Shown one piece after another: positions 26,173 through 37,997 of a stretch of DNA of 64,000 bases. The position numbers and the translations under genes are program-made. Origin of the DNA: Octopus sinensis (Eukaryota); the NCBI RefSeq assembly GCF_006345805.1, contig NC_043000.1:19282001-19346000 (forward strand), in the 5' to 3' direction. Within the stretch, counting starts at the first letter, position 1; each line of letters begins with the position of its first letter. The notes below the pieces were generated by a model. The model saw nothing but the letters and a program-made list of their open reading frames with translations. It did not search any database and was not told the origin of the DNA.

Positions 26173-27382
26173 CTGTAGTCAATCAAAAGAAAAAGAGTTA
26201 ATTTATTCATAAAAAAAACAATATTATATATTCATATGTTACACTTACATCCGCCCATATGCACACACACACGCACACACACAATATTTGGAGCCAAAAC
26301 TTTGCATTTAATAATAAAATACATTGTTTTATTGGATTTTTCGTCTGAACTTTTCAATCAAAAGACTCCTTTCAAAGAGAAGAGCTGTTTGGTATATGCA
26401 CAATAAAGGAGATAAACGTCTAACTATCGGAAATTCAAGAAGAAATACAATAAAACCAAATCTTTATTAAACACATTTCTCCAGATCAGTTCACACACCC
26501 ACACATCATGTGTATATACGTAGAGGTGCGTAGATGTATGTATGTAAGTATGTGTATAGGTGTGTGTTTCTTCCTTTCTGTTTTTCTCTCCCTACCCTTT
26601 CTGTACTTCTTCTCGTCTCCCCTTCACCGTTCCCTCTCTCTCTCTCTCACTCTTCCTCCTTGAATCTCTCGTTGCTTACACGTGACCAACAGTTATGTCT
26701 TTCTTTCTTTTACTTCCTTCCTAAAGACAAGACGTACTTTTGCCTGTCTCTTCTCAAAGCTCGTTTCTCCAGCGTTCACCACTTCACCTCGTTATGGTTT
26801 AACAACCCTTAACGTTTGTTTTTACTGTTTTGTTCTCACTCTCCTGTTTTTGTCACCCCTTTAACCCTCTGCAAATCCTCTTTTTTTTATTTGCTTCGTA
26901 GGAACGACTGTTTTAACGAAGTCGTGTCTTGTCCCTATGTTCGAAACGCGGAGTTGATAAAACAGAGGACAACTAATGAAGGGAATGTTCTTTATGTTGC
27001 CTGTCTCGTTTCATAATTTGTTTCTTCCGCTGTTCGAAAAAAAATCGTTTTCTATGTTTTTGTTTTTTATGTTCTCGTTTCTCATTTTGTTCACATTTTT
27101 TTTTTGACGTCCTGTACACATATATGCATGTATATATACATATATATATATATATGTAGTTATGTACATATATGTATGTATATATATATATATTATTAAT
27201 ATTATAATATGATCAAACGCCACGCATCCCTTTCCAAGTATATATATATATATATATTGGAAGGTTTGGAGATGATGTACAGGTATTATATATTAGAAGA
27301 AATGAAGTACTCAGAAAGTTGGATGGTTTATATTTATAGATATTTATTTGTATATTACATTTTTTATATATCATATAACTTA

Positions 27383-27546
27383 GATCATGTATTAGCGCTT
27401 CCTCCCATTCTAGTGGGGTTTTCAAATCAAACTAAGTTCCTGTGTGAGGAGTTTTGACCATTTTATAGTGGTCAAAACTCCTCACACAGGAACTTAGTTT
27501 GATTTGAAAACGCTACTAGAATGGGAGAAATCGCTAATACATGATC
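27383..27546. repeat. Long near-perfect inverted repeat (hairpin)
   Basis: 78-bp arms with 4 mismatches and an 8-nt loop; the inner 43 bp are perfect. Confidence 0.95.
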
Positions 27547-27802
27547 AAGATGGAATATGGAAAACAATAGTACTCGAATACCGGAGATAGAGTAATATGC
27601 TTTATTAGAAAAGCTACAAGGACATCACAAAAACTGTTACAGTTTTACGTTCGTCGGACAGTTTTGGTTATATTTGGTTAAAGAACATAAAGAATCACAA
27701 AATGTGACTAAAAGAAGGATTGATGTGAAAAATTTTGAATTAACAAGGTTATAACTCTTTTTGGACCGGTGAAATTCGAAACAGATAAGGCTGTAAATAA
27801 TA

Positions 27803-28115
27803 GTGTATGTATGTATGTATGTATGTATGTATGTATGTATGTGTGTATGTATGTATGTATGTATGTATGTATGTATGTATGTAGGTATGTATGTATGTGT
27901 GTGTGTATGTATCTATGTATGTATGTATGTATGTATGTATGTATGTATGCATGCATGTATGTATGTATGCACGTATGTATGTATGCATGTATGTATGTAT
28001 GTATGTATGTATGTATGTATGTATGTATGTATGTATGTGTGTATGTATGTATGTGTATGTGTATGTATGTGTGTGTATGTATGTATGTATGTATGTATGT
28101 ATGTATGTATGTATG
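27803..28115. repeat. (ATGT)n microsatellite
   Basis: Directly visible. Confidence 0.98.
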
Positions 28116-28576
28116 CATGCAATGAAGTATTAGAAATGTTGATTTGTTCAAACATAACCGTTTACAACATATGCTTTGTTTGCCGAGAGCTAACAAAATA
28201 ATATCAGCTTGTTGGTTTTCTTCGGAAACATTCAGCCATTGAATATTGGCTGCGCCTGTTAATACGTCCTTTTGACCTAGTCTTGATTCAATATGATGAA
28301 GATAAGGGAATGATGATGATGGTGATGATGGTGATAATGATGACGAAGTCGATGACCGGAGGGATTAGTGGTGATGTTTAACCCTAGGTTACCTCTATGT
28401 TAGCGGCCGTACAAGTCATAATCTCTCTTTTTTTAAAGAGTCACTCTGTTATATATATTTATCATTAATAATTGGTTGAACTTACAATAATAATTGGTAG
28501 AGCTTACATTACTAATTGATAAAATCTATATTAATAATTAGTAAAACTTACATTAATAATTGGTAGAGCTTACATA

Positions 28577-28599
28577 GGTGTGCATAGATAGATAGACAT

Positions 28600-28681
<82 letters not shown>
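28577..28681. repeat. (GATA)n microsatellite
   Basis: Directly visible. Confidence 0.98.
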
Positions 28682-28999
28682 GGAGAGTGGGAGGTTAAGG
28701 AGAGATACACACACACTCAGACACACAAAAGTCTGGTGCTGTGAGAACACATGGGAATGACGTTTCCTTACTTTTTCAAATTTAAAATGATCTAATATAA
28801 CGATATCATTCATTCGGCATGTGCTGAAATATGCCAAAGCAATTTAATTCCACACAAATATATGTTACTTTACATATAAATGATGTGTTAATTCTATTAA
28901 CTGAAACTTGCTAAAAAGCATATTTTGCTTTAAAGTAGTATCTCCTTGTAGACCCAGTTGTCCGTAATCATTCTGTTTCCATTTTTCTCAACCAATATT

Positions 29000-29770
29000 T
29001 TTACATTGGCCTACTTTCGAACTCTAGATAATGTAACATACAGCTGACCATGTGAAAAGAATTGTGTCGGAAGATATATATACCAATTTGTTCAAAAGTC
29101 TGTTCCTGTGCCTTGTTGCACGTCAAGGAAAAGCTGGTTTGACAGGAAATTGTTTGCGTGTAAATGGAAATTCCATTTCTTGAGATACATGCGGTATTCT
29201 TGGGATTATCTGAGTCGTTCCTGCATAAGGACCAGAAGCAACCTCAGCCTCAATAACATGATCATGTAAACTGACAATGATGTAATGTGTGCCATTGCAA
29301 TGTCCATTAGTAGCATCTAAATTTCTCAGAAGCATTATGCATAATTTTTTTCTTTAGCTTGAGAATGCGGTGTAAGTTTGTTGATGAACTCGATTGGGTA
29401 CAGAGTTTCATTATCAACTGTATCTGAACTTCTGTATACTTTTAGCTCACCGGGAACCCTGGTCAACAGAAAATCATTTACAAATTGTGCTGCTTTATTT
29501 GTTGGAGTAACGATGGTTCTATTTGCAAGCCTCACAGGGTTTGTGAAGTTATTTTTTGGGGCCAGCATATACAAAATCACATAGATCTGAAAGAGTACCA
29601 CTTTCAAGGCAAGAGTCAGTGATTTTGAATCCACTTAGGTTTTGTTCAACAAGGATGTTACCATTTCTTACATCAAGAAGGTAATTAGCAAACTCTTTCT
29701 CAGAATTACCTTCTGTAAGAAATCTTAGACTGGATGTCAATTCCACTACTTCTACATTATCGCAAAGAAA
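29000..29770 (-). mobile_element. Helitron PIF1-like helicase fragment, frameshifted
   Basis: EFANYLLDVRNG; RTIVTPTN; YPIEFINKLTP; LLRNLDATNGHCNGT; IPRIP; FTRKQFPVKPAF. Confidence 0.85.
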
Positions 29771-30827
29771 CGAGATGGTGGTATTGGTTAAGGTGTGGGA
29801 ATGATGGTAGCAATGGTGTTGGTGGTAGTGTAACAAGGGGTTGCTACTGTAACCTGAGCGTTGGCCACTGTAATGCGAATTAAGGCTGTAACTTGGCCTT
29901 ATTACTGCTGGAACAAGAGGTTAATTTAAAAGCAAAGATTCTCGTGTTACGAAAGGTAACATGCATTCTTGATTGAAATAAATGAAAGGGCCATTCTTGA
30001 ACTTCACATATAATTTAAAACCAATTCAGAACCAGGTAAAAATTCACCAATAACACGCTTCGGTTGAAGCGGTACATAGATGAAGAATGAGTACATTTTA
30101 TCTTGCCTTGTCACGTTCCATCTGTAGAAAGTAAATTAAAATGTACGAGAGAATTTCATACGCCACTTAGGTTTACTTCTCGTGTTGTTCTTCTTGTTAT
30201 TGACTGCGGGCCAGTTTAGTTAATTTTTTTCATAACGCTCTTTTAGTTTCTGTTTTTTAACAAGTGAAACCACATGGAATAATGATATTTTAAATTTTTG
30301 TACAGGAAATATTTTGAGCATTCTCGACGTTTGCCCATATTCCAGGATTCCAGCAAAAACATCTGTCTGTGTTTATTATTATTATTATTTTTTAATTATA
30401 CATATACATACATAATCTTCGTCTACACACAAGCGTATGCCGAACACCCACTTAATACACAAAATATTGAAGGGGAACGTAAAACTACGAAGTCAAAACT
30501 CACGAGATGAAAAAAAAAATATGGAAGACAATCGCGAATATTTTACATCAAAACAGATTTTGCCCAACAAAAATAATTCTAAAATTTTAATATCTGTAAC
30601 TCATGTGGAAATATAGACTCGTTCTTTGTTGCCGGTACCTAGAAAAGATGAACCCTAGATATGTATCTTCTAGCTGAAACAACAACTATTTGGCAGGGCA
30701 GGGTAAAAAAAAAAACAAGAACGAGAAGGAGAAAAGTAATGTATTAGTACATTCTAAAGCAGTCGGTGATTTTCTTATGCTCTCGAAAGAATAGATGACG
30801 GTAGCACTAGCATTTACGGAGTTAGAT

Positions 30828-30996
30828 CACTAGCGTGGCTAGGGGGGAGGCAGTAAGGGCAGTCCGTGCTCGGCGGCACTTTTAAAGGAGTGGCGCTTTT
30901 GGGTCTACTGTAGACAATATCTATGTTTTTCGTGGGGTCCGGGGGCAGCAAACGGAAGGACCGCCCCGGGCAGCACACACTCTAGCTACGCTAATG
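30828..30996. mobile_element. hAT-type MITE
   Basis: Terminal inverted repeats (TIRs) cactagcgtggctag / ctagctacgctaatg; perfect 8-bp TSD agttagat. Confidence 0.85.
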
Positions 30997-31627
30997 AGTT
31001 AGATCTATATCGAGCGGTGCAAGATTTATTGAACTATATGTCACAAAAAATGTACCTAATAATCAAATGAGTTTATCTGATTGAGTGACAAGCATTAGAA
31101 GAGCAGCTTTATATACAATTTCGGGATCTTTTCTATTCTGAAGCCAGGACCACAGATCTTTCTACTTAACTAAATAATCTGAAACTTCGTATGCTGATAG
31201 AGTCTAGCAAAACAAGACACAGGTTGGAACTAGTTTATTTGAGAAAAATCTATTTTATGACTTTAATCGTAGATTAAAACTGCGAATTTTAACCAATCAG
31301 ATTGTTTGTTTTCATGTGTAAAACTTGACTGCATTCTATTAGTGTGACGTAGAAAGCGCTTTTGTGACGTACTAACGTTCGGAAAACTGTAAACAAACAC
31401 GGCAGACGAAATACGGCTACGCATTTCGCCCGGCGTGCTAACGTTTCTGCCAGCTCTTTGCTTTTTTAATATTAAATTTCGGCGAAGTTTCGCTTGTCGT
31501 AGCACAAGTTTTCCGTCGATTTCCGTAAAAAACTTTTATTTTTTTACATAAGTAATGAGAGCGAAAGAGACTAAGAGGAAGCGATTTTATGACGAGGGAA
31601 GTTTGTCTTTGAAGTTACCGTCTAGGG

Positions 31628-31843
31628 CAGGGGTGGGCAAACTTTTTTGATCGCGGGCCGCACAGTGCGTCTTTGGAACCTTGGCGGGCCTCATTTATAA
31701 AAATCAAGTGAAAATATTGTGAATTACCGTACAGTTACGAAGTATCTGCATAGAAGTTGGGATTCATAAAAGCTCTCGGCGGGCCGCATGAAAACCTATG
31801 GCGGGCCGCGTGCGGCCCGCGGGCCGTAGTTTGCCCACCCCTG
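31628..31843. mobile_element. hAT (Charlie-like) MITE
   Basis: Perfect 16-bp TIR caggggtgggcaaact; perfect 8-bp TSD gtctaggg. Confidence 0.92.
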
Positions 31844-33068
31844 GTCTAGGGGAAGCATTGATGTACATGTGTGTGTGTGTGTGTGATTGATGGGGTGTGG
31901 GAGACAGTATGTTGTGTAAGTGAAGTGCTTCTGTTAGTGTGTGTGAAGAGACAGAGAGAGTAATGTGTGAAAGAGAGAGATAACTGAAATTTTTTACTCG
32001 GTGTATGTGTATATGTATGTCTGCATGTATGTGTGTGTGTGTGTGTATCTATGTATGTATGGCCAATTCATCGTAATTACGATTACGATGAATCGGCTAT
32101 ACATACATACACACACACACATACATACACACACACACATACTTACACATATATACACACACACATACATGCAGACATACAGAATGGAAACATTTTCAAT
32201 TTAATACATGTGGCTTATTAACTAGTTTTAAATATTGTTATTAGAAGGTGGCTGACTTGTTTACATTTAAGATGTTAATTACGTCACGAAATTGGTGGTC
32301 GAGACGGAGTAAATAAAATAAAGCCGAATGACGGAATATCATTGGTTAAAATTCTAATTATTAAACAACGTTAAACTTAGAAGTTACAATTCCGTTTTCA
32401 TTCTGGTTTACAATTAAGTTTACTTTTGACACATTCTACCAGTATACGAAGTTTCAAATTGTTTGGTTCAGTAGGAAAAATTTGAAAAAACTGGCCTCAA
32501 AATAGAAAAGATCCCAATTTCGTAAGTGGCTTGTTTACTAACTGTGTTGATTACAGTTAATGAACAAGATACAGTGTCGATCAGATCCCACTTTTACTGT
32601 CCACGGTAAAGTTTTAAAGATGACAGCTATTTACTACTGTCTCATGTGTCTAGTAAATTGAATCAATTTATTTAATTTACGAACGCAGTTAAGGCTAAAA
32701 TCTTTGGGTATCTTCCATACCATACTTTTATATATTCCCTTGGATAACATCGGTTGTGGAGAGGGGAGGCTGGCTTACATGGGTACTGCTGGTCTTCCAT
32801 AAACAACCTTGCCCAAACATGTGCCTCGGAGAGTAAATTTCTAGGTGCAATCCCACAGTCATTCATGACCGAAGGGGGTCACACACTTTTATGTATGTCA
32901 CATGCGTAAACTGAGAAGGAGGGGAGGTGGTAAGTAGAGCTAGTTCATTGTCACTTACTCAGAGACTGGCCCCATAATATATAGAACGTATAATACAATG
33001 ATCTGTAGGGATCTCATCAGAAACGATGTTGACCCTTAAGTCGATGCTAATTTATGGTACAATACGGT

Positions 33069-33425
33069 TACACTACCAATTCACCACCGACCCTTCCAGT
33101 TAACCACCTACCCTACCAACTCACCAGCTACACTGGCAATTCACCACCTTACTCTGCCAATTCACTCGCCTGCACTATATATTCACCATCTACATAGCCA
33201 ATATATCACCTATACTGCCAATTCGCCATTTATCCTGCCAATTCACCTTCTACTTTACCAATTCGCCAGCTACCCTGCCAATTTAGGAGCTACGCTGCCA
33301 ATTCATCACCTACCCTTTTGTTTCCCCAACTACTCTTCCAAATCTACTACCTACTCTGGCAATTCACCGACTATACTGCAAAGGCCCGTTTACTCTGCCT
33401 ATTCGCAGCTTACTTTGCCATTCAC
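33069..33425. repeat. Degenerate 20-bp minisatellite, consensus about TACACTGCCAATTCACCAGC
   Basis: About 17 units, most of them 20 bp. Confidence 0.85.
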
Positions 33426-34124
33426 CCCCAGTAGGGGTTACATACTTGAAGTCAGTGCGCCCCCAATCAATTTAAATTCTGCTTTCTATGACTATGAGAA
33501 AGTCATGAACTTCTCACAAAATCTCACACTCACAAATTCTTTGCTCTTCTAAATTTGAGACTATTTGCTTATATAAGACATGAATATATTTTTTATCTCG
33601 AATGTGATAAATGCAGCATACTACTTAATCTTCGAGATTAGGTGGGGTCTGGAGTTGCGAGGTTTGTTTCCCGCCCTCCCACAAAGATCCTAAGAAAATG
33701 ATGTGAGAATCGAAATTGGGTTAAGTGATAAAAAAAAAAGTGTATCTTATAATATTTCATTAAAAAATAATTTTAAGAAGTTCCTGACATCCATTTGTAT
33801 GTGGGTTAAACATTGTGATTATCGTCGTCTATACATGCGTGCGCACACGCGCACACAAACGTGCACGCGCACGTACGCACAACGAGGTGACGAGGTAGAG
33901 AAAGGATACGGACAGTGAATTTTTTATAACAGAAGAAAAAGTACTCAATATATGTAGTAGAGATTATTAAGCCAACGTCTTCAAATGAAAATTTACACAC
34001 AAACATATACACACATTCATACAATATGAGTGTGTGTACTTATTCTATTGAGCCATTTTGACGAACCACTAAGTTACGGCAACATAAACACACCACTATC
34101 GATTGTCAATCGATGGTATTGGGA

Positions 34125-34354
34125 CTGGGAGCTGGCAGAAACGTTAGCACGCCGGACGAAATGCTTAGCGGTATTTCGTCTGCCGTTACGTTGTGAGTTC
34201 AAATTCCACCGGGGTTGAATTTGCCTTTCATCCTTTCGGGGTCGATAAATTAAGTACCAGTTACACACTGGGGTCGATGTAATCGACTTAATACCTATGT
34301 CTGTCCTTGTTTGTCCCCTCTATGTTTAGCCCCTTGTGGGTAATAAAGAAATAG
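34125..34354 (+). mobile_element. SINE family A, monomer
   Basis: Head, core and tail aaagaaatag present. Confidence 0.85.
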
Positions 34355-34477
34355 GTATCGGGACTGGGATACACACACAGACACATAAATATATATATAT
34401 ATATATGTGACCGCGTGTGTACCGTTGGCGATTTTTTTTCCTCTGTCTTCCCTTCTCTGGATCTTTCCTTCTCCTAT

Positions 34478-34512
34478 GTTTCCTACGAAGAGCTCCGCTC
34501 GAAACGTTAAAC
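34478..34512 (+). ncRNA. Degenerate minimal hammerhead motif in a Penelope-like short repeat
   Basis: GTTT-CCTACGA-A-GAGC-tcc-GCTC-GAAAC-GT-T-AAAC. Stems are intact, with two core substitutions (U4, G5). Confidence 0.45.
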
Positions 34513-34779
34513 CCTCCTTCTTTCCTTCTTTCCTGAGCGTCCAATAATACTATATTTGTTCCACGTCCTCGCGTTGTTGTGTTTTCTTGTGCTTTCTAGT
34601 TTGGATTAACTTTATATATATATATAAACGGCGGGATCCTTTCAGTTCCATCTACCAAATACTCTCATACAGCTTTGGTCGGCTCGAGGCGTTACAGTAG
34701 AAGACACTTGCCCAAGGTGCCATGCAAACATGTGGTTGGGAAGCAAGATTCAAAACACAGCCACGTTGTTGTTTGTTGT

Positions 34780-35075
34780 TGATATTTGTTGTTGTTTATT
34801 CCTTCTCGAGCCATGCCTGGCGCATAAGGGCCGGTTTCCCGGTTTCTTTGGCGTATAGGTTCCCCACCTGAACGGAACGCCGGTCCGTTACAGGTGAGTT
34901 GCTAGATGCAGGAGGAAAGAGTGAGAGAAAGTTGTGCGTAAGAGTCAGCAGAAGTTCGCCATTATTCTGCCTGAGCAGCGTGGAGGTTAAGTGTTTTGCT
35001 CATAAGCAAGCAAATCGCCTCGGTTGAGATTCGAACCCGCGATCTCTCGACCGCGAGTCTGCAACTCTAACCACT
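34780..35075 (-). mobile_element. Older tRNA-derived SINE related to family C
   Basis: The head reads tagtggttagagttgcagactcgcggtcgagagatcgcgggttcgaatctc on the minus strand. It shares gagtgagagaaagttg with family C. Confidence 0.65.
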
Positions 35076-35076
35076 A

Positions 35077-35108
<32 letters not shown>

Positions 35109-35349
35109 TAAGTTAATAATATAAATATGTTTGTCGCAATTTACCATTGCACATGCTCTTTATATCATAACTAGTAACATTGCTAATTACAATGGCTGAC
35201 TAACCACTATACTAGAAACTTAATAGATAACGCTGGCCTACGTGCAGCTCATACCGTAGTGGTCATACATCCAGTCGCCATGATAGATCGTTAGCCACTA
35301 CACACATTTTTGTCTCTCCTTGTTTCTCTCCTTGTTTTTTTCTGTGTCC

Positions 35350-35385
35350 CTTTCTGTAGAAGAGCGTAGGCTCGAAACGTAAAAG
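35350..35385 (+). ncRNA. Degenerate minimal hammerhead motif in a Penelope-like short repeat
   Basis: CTTT-CTGTAGA-A-GAGC-gtag-GCTC-GAAAC-GT-A-AAAG. Stems I and II are intact; core A6 is replaced by T. Confidence 0.5.
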
Positions 35386-35584
35386 ACTTTTTTCTATTCC
35401 TGAGCGTTATAATAATACATCTGTTTGTTTTGTACATCACCTGTCTTCGTCTTTTGTTTTTTTCGTAAACTTTACCTCCAAATATACACATATATACATG
35501 TCACCATCACTGAGAAGTGCTTGCAATGATTCTTGTAGTAAAAGAAACAAGTGAAAATATGTGCAAAACATATTTAATACTCAC

Positions 35585-35739
35585 CTGGCGGGGTGCCAAT
35601 CCAACATCTAGCTGTTCGGCCATATATTCTACAAATGCTAGCTGTTTCCTAAAATTAGGAGGCCATATACTCGCCGAGGAGTCCAGCATGAAAACCAGGT
35701 CTACTGGGCTTTTGTTAGGAAATCTTGGTGGAATTCTTT
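35585..35739 (-). CDS. VWA-domain protein, exon encoding the domain N-terminus (collagen VI/XII or matrilin-like extracellular protein)
   Basis: Translates (E)RIPPRFPNKSPVDLVFMLDSSASIWPPNFRKQLAFVEYMAEQLDVGLAPRQ, including the MIDAS DxSxS motif (DSSAS). Acceptor is ttttacag| and donor is CAG|GTGAGT. The exon is 155 nt, phase 1 in and phase 0 out. Confidence 0.88.
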
Positions 35740-35744
35740 CTGTA

Positions 35745-35745
35745 A

Positions 35746-35807
<62 letters not shown>

Positions 35808-35822
35808 GAAGAAGAAGAAGAA

Positions 35823-35864
<42 letters not shown>
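35745..35864. repeat. (TAA)n-(GAA)n-(TAA)n compound microsatellite abutting a VWA splice acceptor
   Basis: Directly visible. Confidence 0.98.
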
Positions 35865-36422
35865 GTGAAACTGCTACATTGGAAACTGTGCAAAAAGTGG
35901 GGACTAGAGAGAAACAAGGCGTGTATGAGCACAAACAGAGTGGCTGAGTCGGAGGCTAGCAAAATTCTCTGGGATTTCCCAATTTTAATAGATCAGGTGC
36001 TGTAGCATAACAGACCGAACTTAGTGATGGTGGACAAAGTGCACCGCATATGCTATATAGTTTACGTTGCATTCCCTTTCAACCACGAATAGTCAAGAAA
36101 GAAGGCGAAAAGATAAATAGATACAACCCTCTTAAGTACGAAATAGCCCAGCTATAGAAAATGAAGACGTTGAAGATAATGCCAATTATCGATGAGTCCT
36201 TGGGAACAGTATCTGAAGGCATCAAGAGGAATATAAAGGAAATCGGAATAGAGGTCCCAGTAGAACTGTTACAAAAGTTTTGCCTCCTTAGCATATCCAG
36301 AATAATCAGGAAAGTATGGGATAGCCGAAACGAACGAATAGCATGATACCATAGAATGCAGGTAGTCAACCCGCTAGCATGCAAGACTCCAGGAGCTCCA
36401 GCAAAACCTGTGAGAAAGGGGA
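35865..36422 (+). mobile_element. R4/Dong-clade non-LTR retrotransposon 3' fragment between (TAA)n tracts
   Basis: HWKLCKKWGL...KILWDF...HNRPNLVMVDK...KKEGEKINRYNPLKYEIAQL...PIIDESLGTV...LQKFCLLSISRIIRKV corresponds to the restriction-like endonuclease region. Confidence 0.8.
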
Positions 36423-36463
<41 letters not shown>

Positions 36464-36464
<1 letters not shown>

Positions 36465-36900
36465 CAATACCACAGATTTGCTTGTCAGTTGTTTGACCTT
36501 AACCAGTTGAGCATGTCCCTTAGTGGCTGACGATATGTGCATCTCTGATCACGAGCAGAAGTAGTGGGGGAGCATCATAGCCATGTGTTGAGAGGGATTC
36601 TTTGGAGTTTGAATAGTTCATCTCTGGAAACATGGGTGATTCTTTCAACATCCTTAAACAACCCTTATTCAGGGACCTTTTGAGCGGGATGGGCTACTCA
36701 ACCTGAAGAAAATTCTAACTGGGCCCCACCTGCAAGGTCATGTGCTGTTTATCTTGATATGAGATCACCATGTCGTGCACATATGGTTGTGATGCATGTG
36801 CCTGGTGTACCCTTATCAGACGGGTAGTCACGATGGGTATATTGGGCTTCGTATATTTTACCCCAGTGTCACTTTGATGGCATGAACTGCTCTCTCACTC
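36464..36900 (+). mobile_element. Non-coding repeat embedded in (TAA)n, with an inverted partial copy at 36983-37252
   Basis: 36464-36615 is the diverged reverse complement of 36983-37135; both copies are bounded by TAA arrays. Confidence 0.65.
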
Positions 36901-36965
<65 letters not shown>

Positions 36966-37262
36966 TAATAATAATAACAAATTATTCAAACCCCAAAGAA
37001 TTCCTCTCAACACGTAACTATGATGCCTCCCCCACTACTTCTGCTCATGATCAGACATGCACTTAGTGTCAGCCACTAAGGGACATGTTCAACTGGTAAA
37101 GGCCATGCAACTGACAAACAAATCAGTGGTATTGAGCACAATCTTGCTGTAGCCCATATTTTATACCAAGACAAAACAATGTACATAATAACACTTCCAA
37201 TCACTTAAGATCAAAAGCCACGAGAGCCCCTGCCTGGTACTGCATCAGGGCATATAATAATA

Positions 37263-37475
37263 ATCCTTTCTACTATAGGCACAAGGTCTGGATTCTGTGG
37301 AGAAGGGAACAGTCGATCATATCGACCCCGGTACTCAACTGGTACTTAATTTATCGACCCCGAAGGATGAAAGGCAAAGTCGAACTCTGCGGAATTAGAA
37401 CTCAGAACGTTAAAGCGAACTAAATACCGGTAGGCATTCTGCTCGGCGTGTTAGCGATTCTGCCAGCTCGCCGCC

Positions 37476-37537
<62 letters not shown>

Positions 37538-37738
37538 CCTTTCTACTATGGGCACAAGACCTGAAATTTGTTAGGGGAGGGAAATAGTCGATTGCATCAA
37601 CCCCAGTGTTTCACTGATACTTGATTTATCGATCCCCAAAAAGATGAAAGGCAAAGTCGACCTCGGCGGAATTTGAACTCAGAACGTAGCGACAGGCGAA
37701 ATACCGCTAAACGTTTCCTCCAGTCAGCTCATCGCCTT
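37263..37738 (-). mobile_element. Two SINE family A copies separated by (TAA)n
   Basis: Each copy has the core and head, and both are embedded in TAA repeats. Confidence 0.8.
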
Positions 37739-37782
37739 ACTACTACTACTACTACTACTGCTGCTGCTGATGATGATGATGG

Positions 37783-37813
<31 letters not shown>

Positions 37814-37903
37814 TAATGATGATGATGATGCTGCTAGTACTACTACTACTACTACTTCTACTACTACTGCTAATAACAATAATAATAATAATAATAATAA
37901 TAT

Positions 37904-37934
<31 letters not shown>

Positions 37935-37997
37935 AAGAAGAAGAAGAAGAAGAAGAAGAAGAAGAAGAAGAAGAAGAAGAAAAGAAGAAGAAGAAGA
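37738..37997. repeat. Compound trinucleotide tract (CTA/CTG/GAT/TAA/GAA)
   Basis: Directly visible. Confidence 0.97.

Noticed and set aside
30100-30140. Strong minus-strand acceptor (tttactttctacag) inside the VWA intron
   Set aside because: All frames close within a few codons and it adjoins Helitron-derived sequence; not supportable as a host exon.
33069-33425. Repeat translates like RNA polymerase II CTD heptads (YTANSPx)
   Set aside because: The unit is mostly 20 bp, not 21, so the frame shifts every unit; no long ORF exists.
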